DNA of 64,000 nt from a virus (lineage: Duplodnaviria; Caudoviricetes). The notes beneath the pieces were generated by a model that ran no database searches, was not told the DNA's origin, and saw only the letters and a program-made list of their open reading frames with translations. This document shows positions 27,566-37,915 of the stretch, in pieces; position 1 is the stretch's first letter, and each line of letters begins with the position of its first letter. The stretch lies in IMG/VR virus record IMGVR_UViG_3300024493_000235, positions 192,001 through 256,000 of that record. The stretch is one strand, 5' to 3'. The position numbers and the translations under genes are program-made.

Positions 27566-28335
27566 TGTCTTATATACCCTCGTATATCCTTGATATCGTG
27601 AAAGATATTTTCACGAGTTAGGAAATCTTTAGGAAGAATATCCTGCCAGCATGATTGTTCTGCTGTTAAACATCTTATATCATTAGGAGATATTTTCCAT
27701 CCTCCGTAAGTTCCATCTACATACAGTGGATTTATCATCATTTCCATGTCGCTTATAAGCACGTTCTCCGCAATTTCTCTTTTTGTTAGATCTGTTTCGG
27801 GATCGCCGTCAGCATCGTATAACGCATAATACATCACCATAGGGCATGATGCTATCATAAACGATTCATGTACAGCATTAAAGATTGCCTTACGTGCATA
27901 CATAGAGAATACCAAAGCTTTATTTTGGTTATCTTGAAGTTTTGTTCCGCTTGAGTATCCTGTCAATTTAAGAAGTGCGAATGCGCTACAAAAGACTGCA
28001 TAATATGCCTCTTGGATGAACGAGCATTTGAACGGTGTATGTATAACTTTATTGTATCTCTCTTCAAATGTTGAGCTCACTACATTTCGACGTAACTGTA
28101 TGGGGTTTATGTATATAGCTCCATGTTTACTGTCTTCAAGGTTGTTATTTGCATATGGAGATATTATAACAGGTTCAAGGTGTTGGTATTCCGATACGTC
28201 TCTTGTAATTTTTCTGTCCATGAGCATGTATATGGCGTTTGAGGCTGCCGTCACATACTGCTCCCAAAGTTTTGCTTGCTGAGAGTGCAATATTTCCATA
28301 CGTTTTCTCACATATTCATTTATGCTATAACGCAT
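27562..28335 (-). CDS. helical paralog family A member
   Basis: VIISPY...QEAYYAVFCSAF...INPLY.DG. Confidence 0.6.
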   Translation of the reverse strand: MRYSINEYVRKRMEILHSQQAKLWEQYVTAASNAIYMLMDRKITRDVSEYQHLEPVIISPYANNNLEDSKHGAIYINPIQLRRNVVSSTFEERYNKVIHTPFKCSFIQEAYYAVFCSAFALLKLTGYSSGTKLQDNQNKALVFSMYARKAIFNAVHESFMIASCPMVMYYALYDADGDPETDLTKREIAENVLISDMEMMINPLYVDGTYGGWKISPNDIRCLTAEQSCWQDILPKDFLTRENIFHDIKDIRGYIRQ

Positions 28336-29038
28336 AATTAGAATCTATGGCGTCAGTTGACCTAGGTCTTGCCATCATTTTTAACTCCTCGATATATCCA
28401 GACATTTTATCGTCTAATACATCAAACTGTGTGGGATTATCTCTACATGCATATTTTAATTTTGTGAAATGCTCAATCCAAAAATCGTATATGATAAACA
28501 ATGAAGGCTGGTACCCTTCTGCTAAGAAGTTATTAAATGATCCTCCTGAGAACATCGGTCGCAAGATATCGTTTTCTATAAGAGAGAAGATGGCCTGCGA
28601 TTTATCTCCAACTTGAGGGTTAAGATATATCTGGGGCACTACAGAGTTTAAGAATTGATAGATGTATGCTTTCACTTCATGTATGAAGAACGTGATGCGA
28701 TTATAACTTAAATCGTTAACTTCTGACATCTCAGAACACCAAGCAGCACATAACATCGCAAAATATGCCTTCTGTAAGTTTGTCGCATTTTTATTTTTAT
28801 CTCTTATCGAAAGATACGTGCTTTTATAGTTCCTTCCTGTCGATATTCTGTACAAATACGTTTTAGGAATATGCGATAACCCACCAAAACTCGATCCGTC
28901 ATACTGAAGAAACGGAGATTCTATTATTCCTGTTACAACGATACTTCCGCCTAAATCAAGCATCACTTTACTATCAATGCACATGTACAATACTTTTGTA
29001 AGTTTTTCCATTATAGAATGGATCATCATTTGGTCCAT
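28325..29038 (-). CDS. helical paralog family A member
   Basis: IIESPF...QKAYFAMLCAAW...ILRPMF.GG; early promoter at 29062. Confidence 0.6.
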   Translation of the reverse strand: MDQMMIHSIMEKLTKVLYMCIDSKVMLDLGGSIVVTGIIESPFLQYDGSSFGGLSHIPKTYLYRISTGRNYKSTYLSIRDKNKNATNLQKAYFAMLCAAWCSEMSEVNDLSYNRITFFIHEVKAYIYQFLNSVVPQIYLNPQVGDKSQAIFSLIENDILRPMFSGGSFNNFLAEGYQPSLFIIYDFWIEHFTKLKYACRDNPTQFDVLDDKMSGYIEELKMMARPRSTDAIDSNYAL

Positions 29039-29121
29039 ACAAGTGCCTCCTTTATAGTGATATTATATATAGTTATAACAAAAAATAAACATCACGGGAT
29101 TTATAGAAATTTCCCGTGATG

Positions 29122-29790
29122 TTAGTATGGAATATCGGTAGTTGGATTCTCATCTAGCACTTCTTTCATTCCTATACCAAAGGATCCGTAAATTCTTGAA
29201 AAACAGAGAATTTGATCGAACAATTCTTCTATAAACGAAGCTTGATCACAATGCTGCCCATACATTGAAAGAAGGGATTCGACTAAGAGATCCGCATTCG
29301 CGTTTAGACTATGCATACACCATGCAAGTTTGTTTCCATACTCCTTAATATTAGGGTGTATTTCAAACCATGCTTGTAGTATTGCAATATAGTATATCAT
29401 TGCAGCGTACGCATAAGCTTGCGCATCAAGATCTGTTCCATGTACTTGCTCATACGAGTGCATAAAGTTGTCGAATATGTTTTTCATCCTTGTTTCAAAA
29501 TCATCCGTGAAGGAAAGTCTTTGTATCGCTACGAACGTTGTGTTTAAAACAGGATTTTCTTTTAACAATTTTTCATGGAGTATTATATTCGGATCATTAA
29601 TAACTACGTCATTCGAACTCGGCACAACAAAACTTTCATAAGGGTTTTCAACCATTTGAAGATTGAACACCTTCGAATGATTTCTCTCTTTAGAGAATTT
29701 TGTTTTAATGTTATACCGTGTATCATTTAGGATAAAGTTTGTGATGTGTTCTACGACATATTGTTTATTGATCGTGGAATACGTCTCCAT
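29122..29790 (-). CDS. helical paralog family A member
   Basis: MVENPY...YAAMIYYIAILQAWFEIH. Confidence 0.55.
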   Translation of the reverse strand: METYSTINKQYVVEHITNFILNDTRYNIKTKFSKERNHSKVFNLQMVENPYESFVVPSSNDVVINDPNIILHEKLLKENPVLNTTFVAIQRLSFTDDFETRMKNIFDNFMHSYEQVHGTDLDAQAYAYAAMIYYIAILQAWFEIHPNIKEYGNKLAWCMHSLNANADLLVESLLSMYGQHCDQASFIEELFDQILCFSRIYGSFGIGMKEVLDENPTTDIPY

Positions 29791-30541
29791 ATCTATACCT
29801 TCCTTCACAGTAATAATCGACTAATTCTCTCATGTCGATAGGATTTGGATATACATGAACCATGTGTCCGGATTTTTGTACCGGATCCCAAATGCATCGA
29901 AAGATGATATCTTCGATATTTTCGTTTACAAAATCCGATGTTGCATAAGGTAAATTTCGCCACAAAAGCTCTTCATATAAGCCTTTTATTATTGCGAAAT
30001 GTGTAGCATGCTCATACATGTCTTTGTGATCTGAAAGTAGTTTATCAATCGGCGGAGATCCCGGTTGTGTATGTAGCTGTGTCCATGCGAGAACTACACA
30101 TGTGTAAAAACAGAATGCGTAGTATATCGAATCATCATATTTTGTCTTTTCCAAATTCTCAATTAAGAGATTATGAAAATTGATGAGGCCCAATTTTGCC
30201 TTATTCAGATGCGGTACGGGAATGTTAAACAATACGTTATCTTCAATGATGCTATTCCACCAGTCACGTACTTCTATACTACGATGCCTATTAACTCCAG
30301 GTGGATAGAATTCGTTGAAGTTTATAAAAGGAGATCGTATTACTGCACTTGAATACATTCCACATGTATCTTGAGTCCTATCTCCTCTTGAAAGAAAACC
30401 GGTACATACGACATCATGTAATGCATTACACACTATACCAGTATATTCACATATAATATCGTTAGAATAGCCGTCAAATAAAAGATAATCTGAAAATTCT
30501 TCAATGTAAAGTGCATTGTGCACCAAACTGATGTCTATCAT
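29765..30541 (-). CDS. helical paralog family A member
   Basis: VIRSPF, P+.HLNKAK.G, SIYYAF.FY..VV.AWT.LH, IWDP....GHM.H.YP.P. Confidence 0.65.
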   Translation of the reverse strand: MIDISLVHNALYIEEFSDYLLFDGYSNDIICEYTGIVCNALHDVVCTGFLSRGDRTQDTCGMYSSAVIRSPFINFNEFYPPGVNRHRSIEVRDWWNSIIEDNVLFNIPVPHLNKAKLGLINFHNLLIENLEKTKYDDSIYYAFCFYTCVVLAWTQLHTQPGSPPIDKLLSDHKDMYEHATHFAIIKGLYEELLWRNLPYATSDFVNENIEDIIFRCIWDPVQKSGHMVHVYPNPIDMRELVDYYCEGRYRYGDVFHDQ

Positions 30542-30554
30542 GATTTTTCCCTTT

Positions 30555-31349
30555 TTAGTCATAGAACAAGTCTCCATATACATCACAACCTTCCATGTAG
30601 TAGTTTATGATTTCACGTATATTGGCAGGTTCTGGATAAATGTGCTTCATATGGCCCTCTTCTCTTATAGGGTTCCATATTTTCCGAATAATTACTTCTT
30701 CGATGTGTTTGTCAACAAAGTCTTCCGATGCCCATGTCATTGAATGCGCTTTTAACTCTTCAAGTAAAGCTTTTACAATAGAGAAGTACATAGCGTCCAT
30801 AAAGATAATTTTATAATCATGGGCGTACACAGCTTCTTGCTTTGTGTCTTTAACCCCATGCATACATGTCCAAGAAAATACAAGACCCATGTAGTACGTA
30901 AATGCATGATATATACTTTCATCACCGAATGACTCAGACAACGGTTCAAACAGAGAATTTTCGAAAGTTATATTCCCAAATTTAGCTCTGTTTAGATGCG
31001 TTATCGGCGTTTGAAATATAACACTGTTTTCAAGATATGTCCATGCATTTGATGCGTCCAACTGTGTGATAAAATCGTTACATTCTTTCATTCGAGTCGA
31101 TTCAAAATACCAAGAGTAATACGGCGATTTTATAATTTGTCCTTGAAACGGATTTTGTATAGATGCTTTATTTGCACTGCGAGTTCTCAATCCTGAATAT
31201 ATGATATCGTAAATTGTATTACACATTATACGAGAATAATCGAAGATTGTATCGGATATCGATTCTTCGCAAAGTCTTGAGTCATGAAATTCCTCACAGT
31301 CTAAACTATCGTGAATTTTATCATGTACATCACTTGTTATGAAGGCCAT
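30555..31349 (-). CDS. helical paralog family A member
   Basis: IIKSPY, P+.HLNRAK.G, SIYHAF.YY..LV.SWT.MH, IWNP....GHM.H.YP.P; clearly homologous to 29765-30541. Confidence 0.65.
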   Translation of the reverse strand: MAFITSDVHDKIHDSLDCEEFHDSRLCEESISDTIFDYSRIMCNTIYDIIYSGLRTRSANKASIQNPFQGQIIKSPYYSWYFESTRMKECNDFITQLDASNAWTYLENSVIFQTPITHLNRAKFGNITFENSLFEPLSESFGDESIYHAFTYYMGLVFSWTCMHGVKDTKQEAVYAHDYKIIFMDAMYFSIVKALLEELKAHSMTWASEDFVDKHIEEVIIRKIWNPIREEGHMKHIYPEPANIREIINYYMEGCDVYGDLFYD

Positions 31350-31686
31350 GACGTTGATTCCTTTTTGATGTGCGAAAATGTTTACAAGATTGAATCCATT
31401 GTCCAATATCACGATGGTTATGCAATTTCAAAAGAATTGCGTTATCATTTGAAAGTATCTTTAATGTACAATCAATTTGCTCATTTATATTTCTTTTGAA
31501 ATACTCAAGTGTTGTTACGGACAAAGATGGAATATTAAAAAGATGAGTCTTTGTATATGAAAAGAACAAGAATTTTGTTTTAATAATAACTATATACGCA
31601 TCTTTATTTTCTTGCTCTGAAGTTGCATGTTTAAATGAAAGTAATATTCCTTTAAGATGTAAGTATTTTACTTTTTCTTTTTTCAT
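31330..31686 (-). CDS. hypothetical protein
   Basis: GAGG SD; 118 aa. Confidence 0.45.
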   Translation of the reverse strand: MKKEKVKYLHLKGILLSFKHATSEQENKDAYIVIIKTKFLFFSYTKTHLFNIPSLSVTTLEYFKRNINEQIDCTLKILSNDNAILLKLHNHRDIGQWIQSCKHFRTSKRNQRHGLHNK

Positions 31687-31743
31687 AATATACCTCTGTA
31701 TTGCAAAAAATACCTGCCACAGAATGTGGCAGGATATTGTGTA

Positions 31744-33771
31744 TCAGTCTTTTAGAAGAGCTCCGCCTACCTTAAACAGGCAATTAAGCATTTTCCTATT
31801 GATACTTTTTCTTTCAACTGGGGTGTATACAATGTTAAAAGGATCATAGGCTTGTATAATTTGTGACACAAAAGCTTCTCTATTTTTAGCCGATGTAGAA
31901 TAAGCGGATAAAAATAGTGCTACGCTTTCGGGATCACACATCATACACAACACCATATTTTCTTGCTCTCCTGTTCGTATTGGTGTGTTGCTATACGGAA
32001 TTCCGTACTTTTTATATTTGATGCTTTTGGACGGATGCCCCAAAGTACTTTGCATTCCAAGACCCCTAGCCGAGTATTTAGAACCCGGTGTTTGTTTAAG
32101 AAGCATAAGATACTTCTTTCCCATGGTAAGAGGCCTTATGATATCTTTTCCGCCGTATTTAAATCTGTACCTGGGGTACCTGTATTTTGCATATAATGCG
32201 CGTAGTTCATCAAAAGTACAGTTGTCCCAAAACGGAGGTTGATGGATTTTTAATCCTTCTGTGAGAATTTCGTTGTACAATATTTGTTTATAATTTTCGT
32301 CACAGCTTTGATAGAATTGATTTAAATCCGCCGCTTGTTTGGGATTCACATCGTTAAGAAAATTTAAAAGGACAGGAAAGCCTACGGCATATGGAATATT
32401 GTGAGCTGCTAATTCTCGGCAGATATTATCGGCTATGAATGTTAAAGATGTTTCTGTCCATTGTCCAACATTTAATCTTCCAAATACACCTTGTCCCGAT
32501 AAAACACAATCAGCATGTATGCCGTATTGGTTTTCGGGCATTTGAGCTTTTGGTGTGATTGTTCCTATAACGCCCTTCTCACCAAAACGTCCTGTGACTT
32601 TGTAGCCTTTGCCAGCATGTTTGATATCAAGAATCGTGAAAATAACAGACATATTTTCGAACTTAGAAGTTCCATTTACAATTGTTTTTCCAGATACCAA
32701 ATCTTCTGCTCTGTGATATATATGAAGAAGTCTGTCCGAAACTTTTCCAGGATTGTGCAATATTAACTTCCCTAAAGTTTTCTTTAAGGTTGTATAGTAT
32801 TCCTGCTGCTCATTATAATAATATAAGAGCTGTGCGTAAACAGGGTTTTTGTTTATCTCTTCGGGACTCCGATTACAGAATATATCAATGCCGATTACCT
32901 GTCCACTCGTGTAGAAGGCATCGTCCTCGTGATAGTGTACATTACGGAGGTTCCCGTCTTTGAGATTAAACAATATCGATTTATTCGATATTCTTCTTTT
33001 AGCACATAAAACACGAAGTTTTATCTCTTCCCCTATATCAGGGAATGATTTGTATACGGTATCGTTACCATATAGATTCAGTAAAATCTCGTTGATGTTC
33101 AGCGTCATCTCGATGGAATGGATCATAGCGTACTCGAACTGCTTAGCGCATTCATCGCTCATCCACACCGAATCCTCGGTAACTTGAGGGCAACTGAGAT
33201 ATACCACATTAACGTTCCTCCCGTATCGCCAATTCATGGCATCGTCGAATGCGGTGCTCTTATATAAAACCTCCCCTTGTCCGATTGTCGATCCCGGCAC
33301 CTTGGAATCGATTACGGAGTTATTATTGAGATACCCGTACGATTCTGTAAGGGTTTCTCCAAATGATCTTTTAACAATATCAATCATCCCATTTTGGTCT
33401 TCTAATATAAGATAATATTGAAGGTCTGGATGCGTTTTATAACGTGAAATTTTATTAATGACTTTCCACATTCTATCTGATGTGTATTTGGAATTAGAAA
33501 AACGTGCTATTTCTTTTTCATACCCAGTGTACACTTGTGGCACCTGGGGATTTAATAACATAAGTGCTTGTGGTAATTGTGATAAAAACATCTGTTCCCG
33601 GGGACTTGAAAGTAAATTAGCCAGTGTTAAGAGTGAACTTCCTAAAAATGTGTCTTTATGATCGAATGCTTGATTATAGCGTTCAAGCATTTGTTTTGAT
33701 ATGAGCGATTTAACGACTTTGATCTCTTGCGAACTTTGTTTTACGACCGTTGTTTTAGATTTTTCCGACAA
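31744..33771 (-). CDS. multisubunit RNA polymerase beta subunit, C-terminal fragment (probably non-virion RNAP)
   Basis: R.QM..SQ..QA, GRN+.V.Y, EDS, GYK+TGRFGEKGVI (GDK..GRHGNKGV equivalent), GR.NVGQ..E, KYSAR, RTGEQE; TTG start with GGAGGAG SD; early promoter upstream. Confidence 0.9.
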   Translation of the reverse strand: MSEKSKTTVVKQSSQEIKVVKSLISKQMLERYNQAFDHKDTFLGSSLLTLANLLSSPREQMFLSQLPQALMLLNPQVPQVYTGYEKEIARFSNSKYTSDRMWKVINKISRYKTHPDLQYYLILEDQNGMIDIVKRSFGETLTESYGYLNNNSVIDSKVPGSTIGQGEVLYKSTAFDDAMNWRYGRNVNVVYLSCPQVTEDSVWMSDECAKQFEYAMIHSIEMTLNINEILLNLYGNDTVYKSFPDIGEEIKLRVLCAKRRISNKSILFNLKDGNLRNVHYHEDDAFYTSGQVIGIDIFCNRSPEEINKNPVYAQLLYYYNEQQEYYTTLKKTLGKLILHNPGKVSDRLLHIYHRAEDLVSGKTIVNGTSKFENMSVIFTILDIKHAGKGYKVTGRFGEKGVIGTITPKAQMPENQYGIHADCVLSGQGVFGRLNVGQWTETSLTFIADNICRELAAHNIPYAVGFPVLLNFLNDVNPKQAADLNQFYQSCDENYKQILYNEILTEGLKIHQPPFWDNCTFDELRALYAKYRYPRYRFKYGGKDIIRPLTMGKKYLMLLKQTPGSKYSARGLGMQSTLGHPSKSIKYKKYGIPYSNTPIRTGEQENMVLCMMCDPESVALFLSAYSTSAKNREAFVSQIIQAYDPFNIVYTPVERKSINRKMLNCLFKVGGALLKD

Positions 33772-33801
33772 AATTTACTCCTCCCTTCGTTTTGCTCATT
33801 T

Positions 33802-33927
33802 TTACTTAACACTCTCATACTTTTGAGACCTTTTATTTAAGTGCTCATGATGTCCAACCTCAAGCCCTTTAGATTTCTTATCTGCAGGTTTTTTAACCTT
33901 AGCAGGATCAACTTTTTTCTTTGCCAT
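33802..33927 (-). CDS. 41-aa basic peptide (absent from the ORF track)
   Basis: early motif 33948-33957; AGGAG SD; MAKKKVDPAKVKKPADKKSKGLEVGHHEHLNKRSQKYESVK. Confidence 0.6.
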   Translation of the reverse strand: MAKKKVDPAKVKKPADKKSKGLEVGHHEHLNKRSQKYESVK

Positions 33928-33979
33928 TCTATATTTCTCCTGCTAAGATTATATATACTTTTTATGTATTTTGACAATT

Positions 33980-35281
33980 TCACATTGCACCCTTTACATA
34001 CGATAATGGAACAGGACTTCCGTGTGTCCAGTTATTGGGATTTGGATCGGGATTATGCACACAAAAATCGTGAAATAAGCATTGCTGAATTGTGTATATA
34101 AGCGCTTTATTCAAAGGAGAGTTATACCCGTTTTCTTTAAAATCTTTTAACAGTTCTTCGTATAACGTTTTTTTCGTAAACGTTTTATTTGGATAGACTT
34201 TAAAGTTCATCGAACGGGCTTGCATGTCAAGTCCGTAACCTCTTTGCAAAAGATATTCAAAGCTTGATAAACTGGATACATAACCATGCTTTTGGTCAAA
34301 AATCATTGGCACCGGAACTCCAGATAAGTTGCTTTTGTTTTTGCTCATTGTAAGTCTGTTTCTGGAACCGTGTATCATTGGGCCAAATTCGTTGTCATCC
34401 AATTTGGAAACAAAATCTGTTCTCGTGATGTTTGTGCACAAGTATAAAAATGTGTTTCCACCTGCTATGTGTTCGTCCTGTTTTAAATAAGGTAAAACTT
34501 TTGCAGGGCCTGCAAATGCATTCATTGCAATATTTTTTGTAATGTGACCTATCGCAACAAAACGTATGTTATATCGATATAAAAGATCAAGGATTTTTAA
34601 GAGTAATTGTTTGTTTGAATTAGCTCCCTGCATTCCTTCGACCTTTCGGTTGACTTCAACTTCTTTTACCTCGAAAGTATTTGTGTTTCTGGTTCCTGTT
34701 TTTATTTCTTCTGTATCACTTATGTCAGTAAGAGTTGATATAGAATCCAAAAGATATACATCAGGAGAATACACCTTTATGGGTTTTCCTTTAGTGTTTC
34801 TAAAACCGGTATCAATCATAAGTTGATCTTTCAAACTTTCTTTTGTTTGGCAGATTTGTCTTATATCGTTATATAAGCTATCGTGGTTTATATTAAAACG
34901 GGTATAACGAACTTGTTCCTGAAGCCTATCAGGAGATAATCCTGTTAAGCTCATCATACGTGCGACAGAAGTTGTTTTTTCTCCATCGACAAAGTATAGC
35001 ATGGAATTTGGAAACTTCGATATAATATTTCCAGCCAGTTTAATCATAAGACTTGTTTTTCCCGATTGGCTCTTTCCGATAATGCAATGAATACCGGGGG
35101 TAAGTCCTAAGTTAAGGTGTCTTTGTATCGAGTTGTTAGGACCGAATATATCGGATTTTTCACAGTTCATATAATCATATAAAGAAACATCCGTTGCAGC
35201 CGAAAAAAGAGGAGCTTCGTTTTCTTCCAAGTCTCCAAAAACGGTTCCATGTTTTCTAAGCGCATTCATCATTAAGCCCAT
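33980..35281 (-). CDS. uvsX: RecA/UvsX-like recombinase
   Basis: Walker A GKSQSGKTS, YFVDGE, Walker B LLDSI, AGG....Y, KNK; AACA-N6-TA at 35312-35323. Confidence 0.85.
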   Translation of the reverse strand: MGLMMNALRKHGTVFGDLEENEAPLFSAATDVSLYDYMNCEKSDIFGPNNSIQRHLNLGLTPGIHCIIGKSQSGKTSLMIKLAGNIISKFPNSMLYFVDGEKTTSVARMMSLTGLSPDRLQEQVRYTRFNINHDSLYNDIRQICQTKESLKDQLMIDTGFRNTKGKPIKVYSPDVYLLDSISTLTDISDTEEIKTGTRNTNTFEVKEVEVNRKVEGMQGANSNKQLLLKILDLLYRYNIRFVAIGHITKNIAMNAFAGPAKVLPYLKQDEHIAGGNTFLYLCTNITRTDFVSKLDDNEFGPMIHGSRNRLTMSKNKSNLSGVPVPMIFDQKHGYVSSLSSFEYLLQRGYGLDMQARSMNFKVYPNKTFTKKTLYEELLKDFKENGYNSPLNKALIYTIQQCLFHDFCVHNPDPNPNNWTHGSPVPLSYVKGAM

Positions 35282-35378
35282 ATTTTCCTCCTATTGTAAA
35301 AATAAACAGCTTATTTTAGTGTTAGCTTAAAAATTTTGGAAAAAAATTCTGGAGGAAGACCCTCCAGAATTATATTTG

Positions 35379-36023
35379 TTATTGTGCGGTGTCAGATGCT
35401 ACGTATGTTACGGGAGTTCCATCTGGAGATGAAAATTGTTTAGTGCTACTTGACATTCTAGCGAGCTTTCGAACGGCATCGAGCACTAAGCCGCTAGTTG
35501 GTCCTTCTTTTTCTATTTCTTCTCCGACATTTATAATTTGGTTGTTTAGAAGGCTTACGATTTGTCCTGTAATAGTGTGGATTAAAGTTATAATGCCAGG
35601 ATCGTCTTTTTTGTTTTTGTCCTTGACATTAAAATAGAAAAATATGGACTCCTCAAGATAATTAGGCAAGCCCTCAAATATCTGGATAAGAGTTGCTTGA
35701 ATAAACTGATGGTAATTTTGATCATTTGGGGACAACATTTTTATCTTGCCTTCAGCATTTGCTAATTGTGGAATGATGCTGTTAACATATCCTCTTTGAA
35801 AGTGAACAGTTGTAAGTCGTATAAGGAGTATCATGGCATCTTTATACGGAAGATATTTTGCTGGAAGTGGTGGAATTGATGCTTTCGGAGTTGTCAGATT
35901 CTTAACAAGTTCTTTGAAAAGTTTTTCTTGTCTCATCACACTTGAGAGAATTGCAAAAACAAGTATTCCAGTTACAATGGCTGAGAATATAAGTATGATG
36001 ATTAAGAGTATACCGTTTGTCAT
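35379..36023 (-). CDS. membrane-anchored hypothetical protein
   Basis: N-terminal transmembrane helix; AAGGAG SD. Confidence 0.65.
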   Translation of the reverse strand: MTNGILLIIILIFSAIVTGILVFAILSSVMRQEKLFKELVKNLTTPKASIPPLPAKYLPYKDAMILLIRLTTVHFQRGYVNSIIPQLANAEGKIKMLSPNDQNYHQFIQATLIQIFEGLPNYLEESIFFYFNVKDKNKKDDPGIITLIHTITGQIVSLLNNQIINVGEEIEKEGPTSGLVLDAVRKLARMSSSTKQFSSPDGTPVTYVASDTAQ

Positions 36024-36033
36024 TGTTTCTCCT

Positions 36034-36192
36034 TTACATTTTTGTTGACAACAGCAAAAGAACTAAGAATACAGGAGTGGAACCTATGAAAATATTCCAT
36101 ACGCTATATCCTGTTATTAAGTCCGCAATCAGTATCGTAACAAAGAGCCCTCCTAATGCTAAGATACCGTTTACTATCTGGTTTTTGGTCAT
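36034..36192 (-). CDS. 52-aa two-TM membrane protein (absent from the ORF track)
   Basis: ATGA overlap with the upstream stop; MTKNQIVNGILALGGLFVTILIADLITGYSVWNIFIGSTPVFLVLLLLSTKM. Confidence 0.55.
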   Translation of the reverse strand: MTKNQIVNGILALGGLFVTILIADLITGYSVWNIFIGSTPVFLVLLLLSTKM

Positions 36193-36968
36193 GGATTCTC
36201 TTCAACAAGTTTTTGAGCAGCAATGAAGTCTTCTGAGGGCTCTAAATCCATTTCTTTCATATGAAACAACATTCCGAGTTTTCCAGTCTTCACACCTTCG
36301 TACACCTTACGGTCTGTTACATGGCCTGTAACAAGTTTAAGAGATATTTGCTCTATAAACTTGCGATACTGGACCGCATCTTTCTTTGCGCTCCTCGCAT
36401 TCATTGCATACAGAGGGTAGTTAATTCTTGGGTCCCGTGTGAGATTCTTAAGACCTGCTAAAAGCTCACTTCTTATATGCATTCCAACACGCAAAGCAAA
36501 CATGTCAGGTTCCTCGATATCTTGTTTTCCAACGAGGAATATGAGGTTTTCCCACAACTCGTGATAATACGTTTCAATACCTTCGGTTTGTGCTTTGAAT
36601 CTATCGGCCGTTGGTGCGTTTGCGTATTTTTTGTTTAAAGATATTGCACGCTTTTTCATGTATATCTTAGCACGACTTGTAATCCATTCAGAAAACAATT
36701 CGTACAAAGTATTACGAAGGACTATTTCTTTTGTATCATGAATGATACTTTTAATAATTCCTTTCGGCTTTGTTGCGATATCGCTATATTTTTTAGCGTA
36801 TAACTCAAGCTTTTCATTGACGATTCCAGAATAGAATTTGTCACATCGCTGTAACACGTTAGCGAAATCCCCGATGGTGTCAACTTTCGCCATATCCATA
36901 TTCAGTAGAAATCCATATGTTGCATCCAATGGTGTCACAAGCTTTTTAGCAAAAGATTCTTTTTGCAT
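36189..36968 (-). CDS. hypothetical protein
   Basis: 259 aa; AAGGAG SD. Confidence 0.65.
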   Translation of the reverse strand: MQKESFAKKLVTPLDATYGFLLNMDMAKVDTIGDFANVLQRCDKFYSGIVNEKLELYAKKYSDIATKPKGIIKSIIHDTKEIVLRNTLYELFSEWITSRAKIYMKKRAISLNKKYANAPTADRFKAQTEGIETYYHELWENLIFLVGKQDIEEPDMFALRVGMHIRSELLAGLKNLTRDPRINYPLYAMNARSAKKDAVQYRKFIEQISLKLVTGHVTDRKVYEGVKTGKLGMLFHMKEMDLEPSEDFIAAQKLVEENP

Positions 36969-36979
36969 TAATATCTCCT

Positions 36980-37186
36980 TTATTCTCCGGGTTTTAAGTG
37001 GCCGCGCAAATCTTCAAGAATAGCATCGAAATGAAAATCCCTGATGCATACGTTTTTAACCCCTTTTGTTTTTGCGAATTCAATCATATCGATGATTGTT
37101 TTTATGTTAACGGGTCCTCCATACGCAGTTACATTCTTGCACGATCCGTCTGCTCCACCGTATTTTATTGTTATTTCTAAAGCCAT
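36980..37186 (-). CDS. small paralog family B member
   Basis: P+.+.T+..M+.FAK......+.I....F..+L.DL. Confidence 0.6.
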   Translation of the reverse strand: MALEITIKYGGADGSCKNVTAYGGPVNIKTIIDMIEFAKTKGVKNVCIRDFHFDAILEDLRGHLKPGE

Positions 37187-37213
37187 GATTCGCTCCTTTG
37201 ACGCAAAAATATT

Positions 37214-37915
37214 TTAGACTTTTAGAAAACTCTTTTGTCCATACATAATGAACGTAGTTTCCTTTTCTGGATAGAAATGTGGGCATTCAAAAATTTTCTT
37301 AAATCCGAATGCCTCGTGTGCTTGGTATACACATTCTGTTGAGGTGTGAAAGATATAAAAACCCTTCAAATTCTCTAAAAGTCTTTTTGTCATATTGCGA
37401 TAAATACCAAATTTGTGGTATATAGGATAGATGGCTATAGAAATACCTTCTGAGACTTTCTTATAGTCTTTTCCCATTAGAGACGCCTTTCCTATCTGGA
37501 CAGACGCATCTTGATGGAAACGATACAACCTTCTCCATTGCAATATCTCTCGTCCATCTTTTGAGAATGATAAAAGAAAGCAAGCTAGGAAATGTATCAA
37601 TATCAGTATCGGATGACATTTTTTATGTTTGTTAGAAAGATATGCCATCATGTATCCGATACATTCTCCGTTTTTATCTATTGCGAGATCAAGATAATTA
37701 TAGTTCCACTTATTCTCGCTAGTTACTCCGGCTAAAATGCCGAGCCAATAGATAAACCGGGTTCTTCCAGGATGATCGTAATCCCAAACACTTGCGTTTA
37801 TCTTACAAACGCTTTTTACAAACTTTAGGGGTAAATAAGATTTCCGAATCAACTTTACATCGGAAATGTCCCCCCCCCGATTACGCTGGGATATCAGCTC
37901 TTTACTTTCCGTCAT
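37214..37915 (-). CDS. GNAT-family acetyltransferase
   Basis: IGYMMA strand; IAIYPIYHKFGI acetyl-CoA loop; HEAFGFK. Confidence 0.7.
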   Translation of the reverse strand: MTESKELISQRNRGGDISDVKLIRKSYLPLKFVKSVCKINASVWDYDHPGRTRFIYWLGILAGVTSENKWNYNYLDLAIDKNGECIGYMMAYLSNKHKKCHPILILIHFLACFLLSFSKDGREILQWRRLYRFHQDASVQIGKASLMGKDYKKVSEGISIAIYPIYHKFGIYRNMTKRLLENLKGFYIFHTSTECVYQAHEAFGFKKIFECPHFYPEKETTFIMYGQKSFLKV

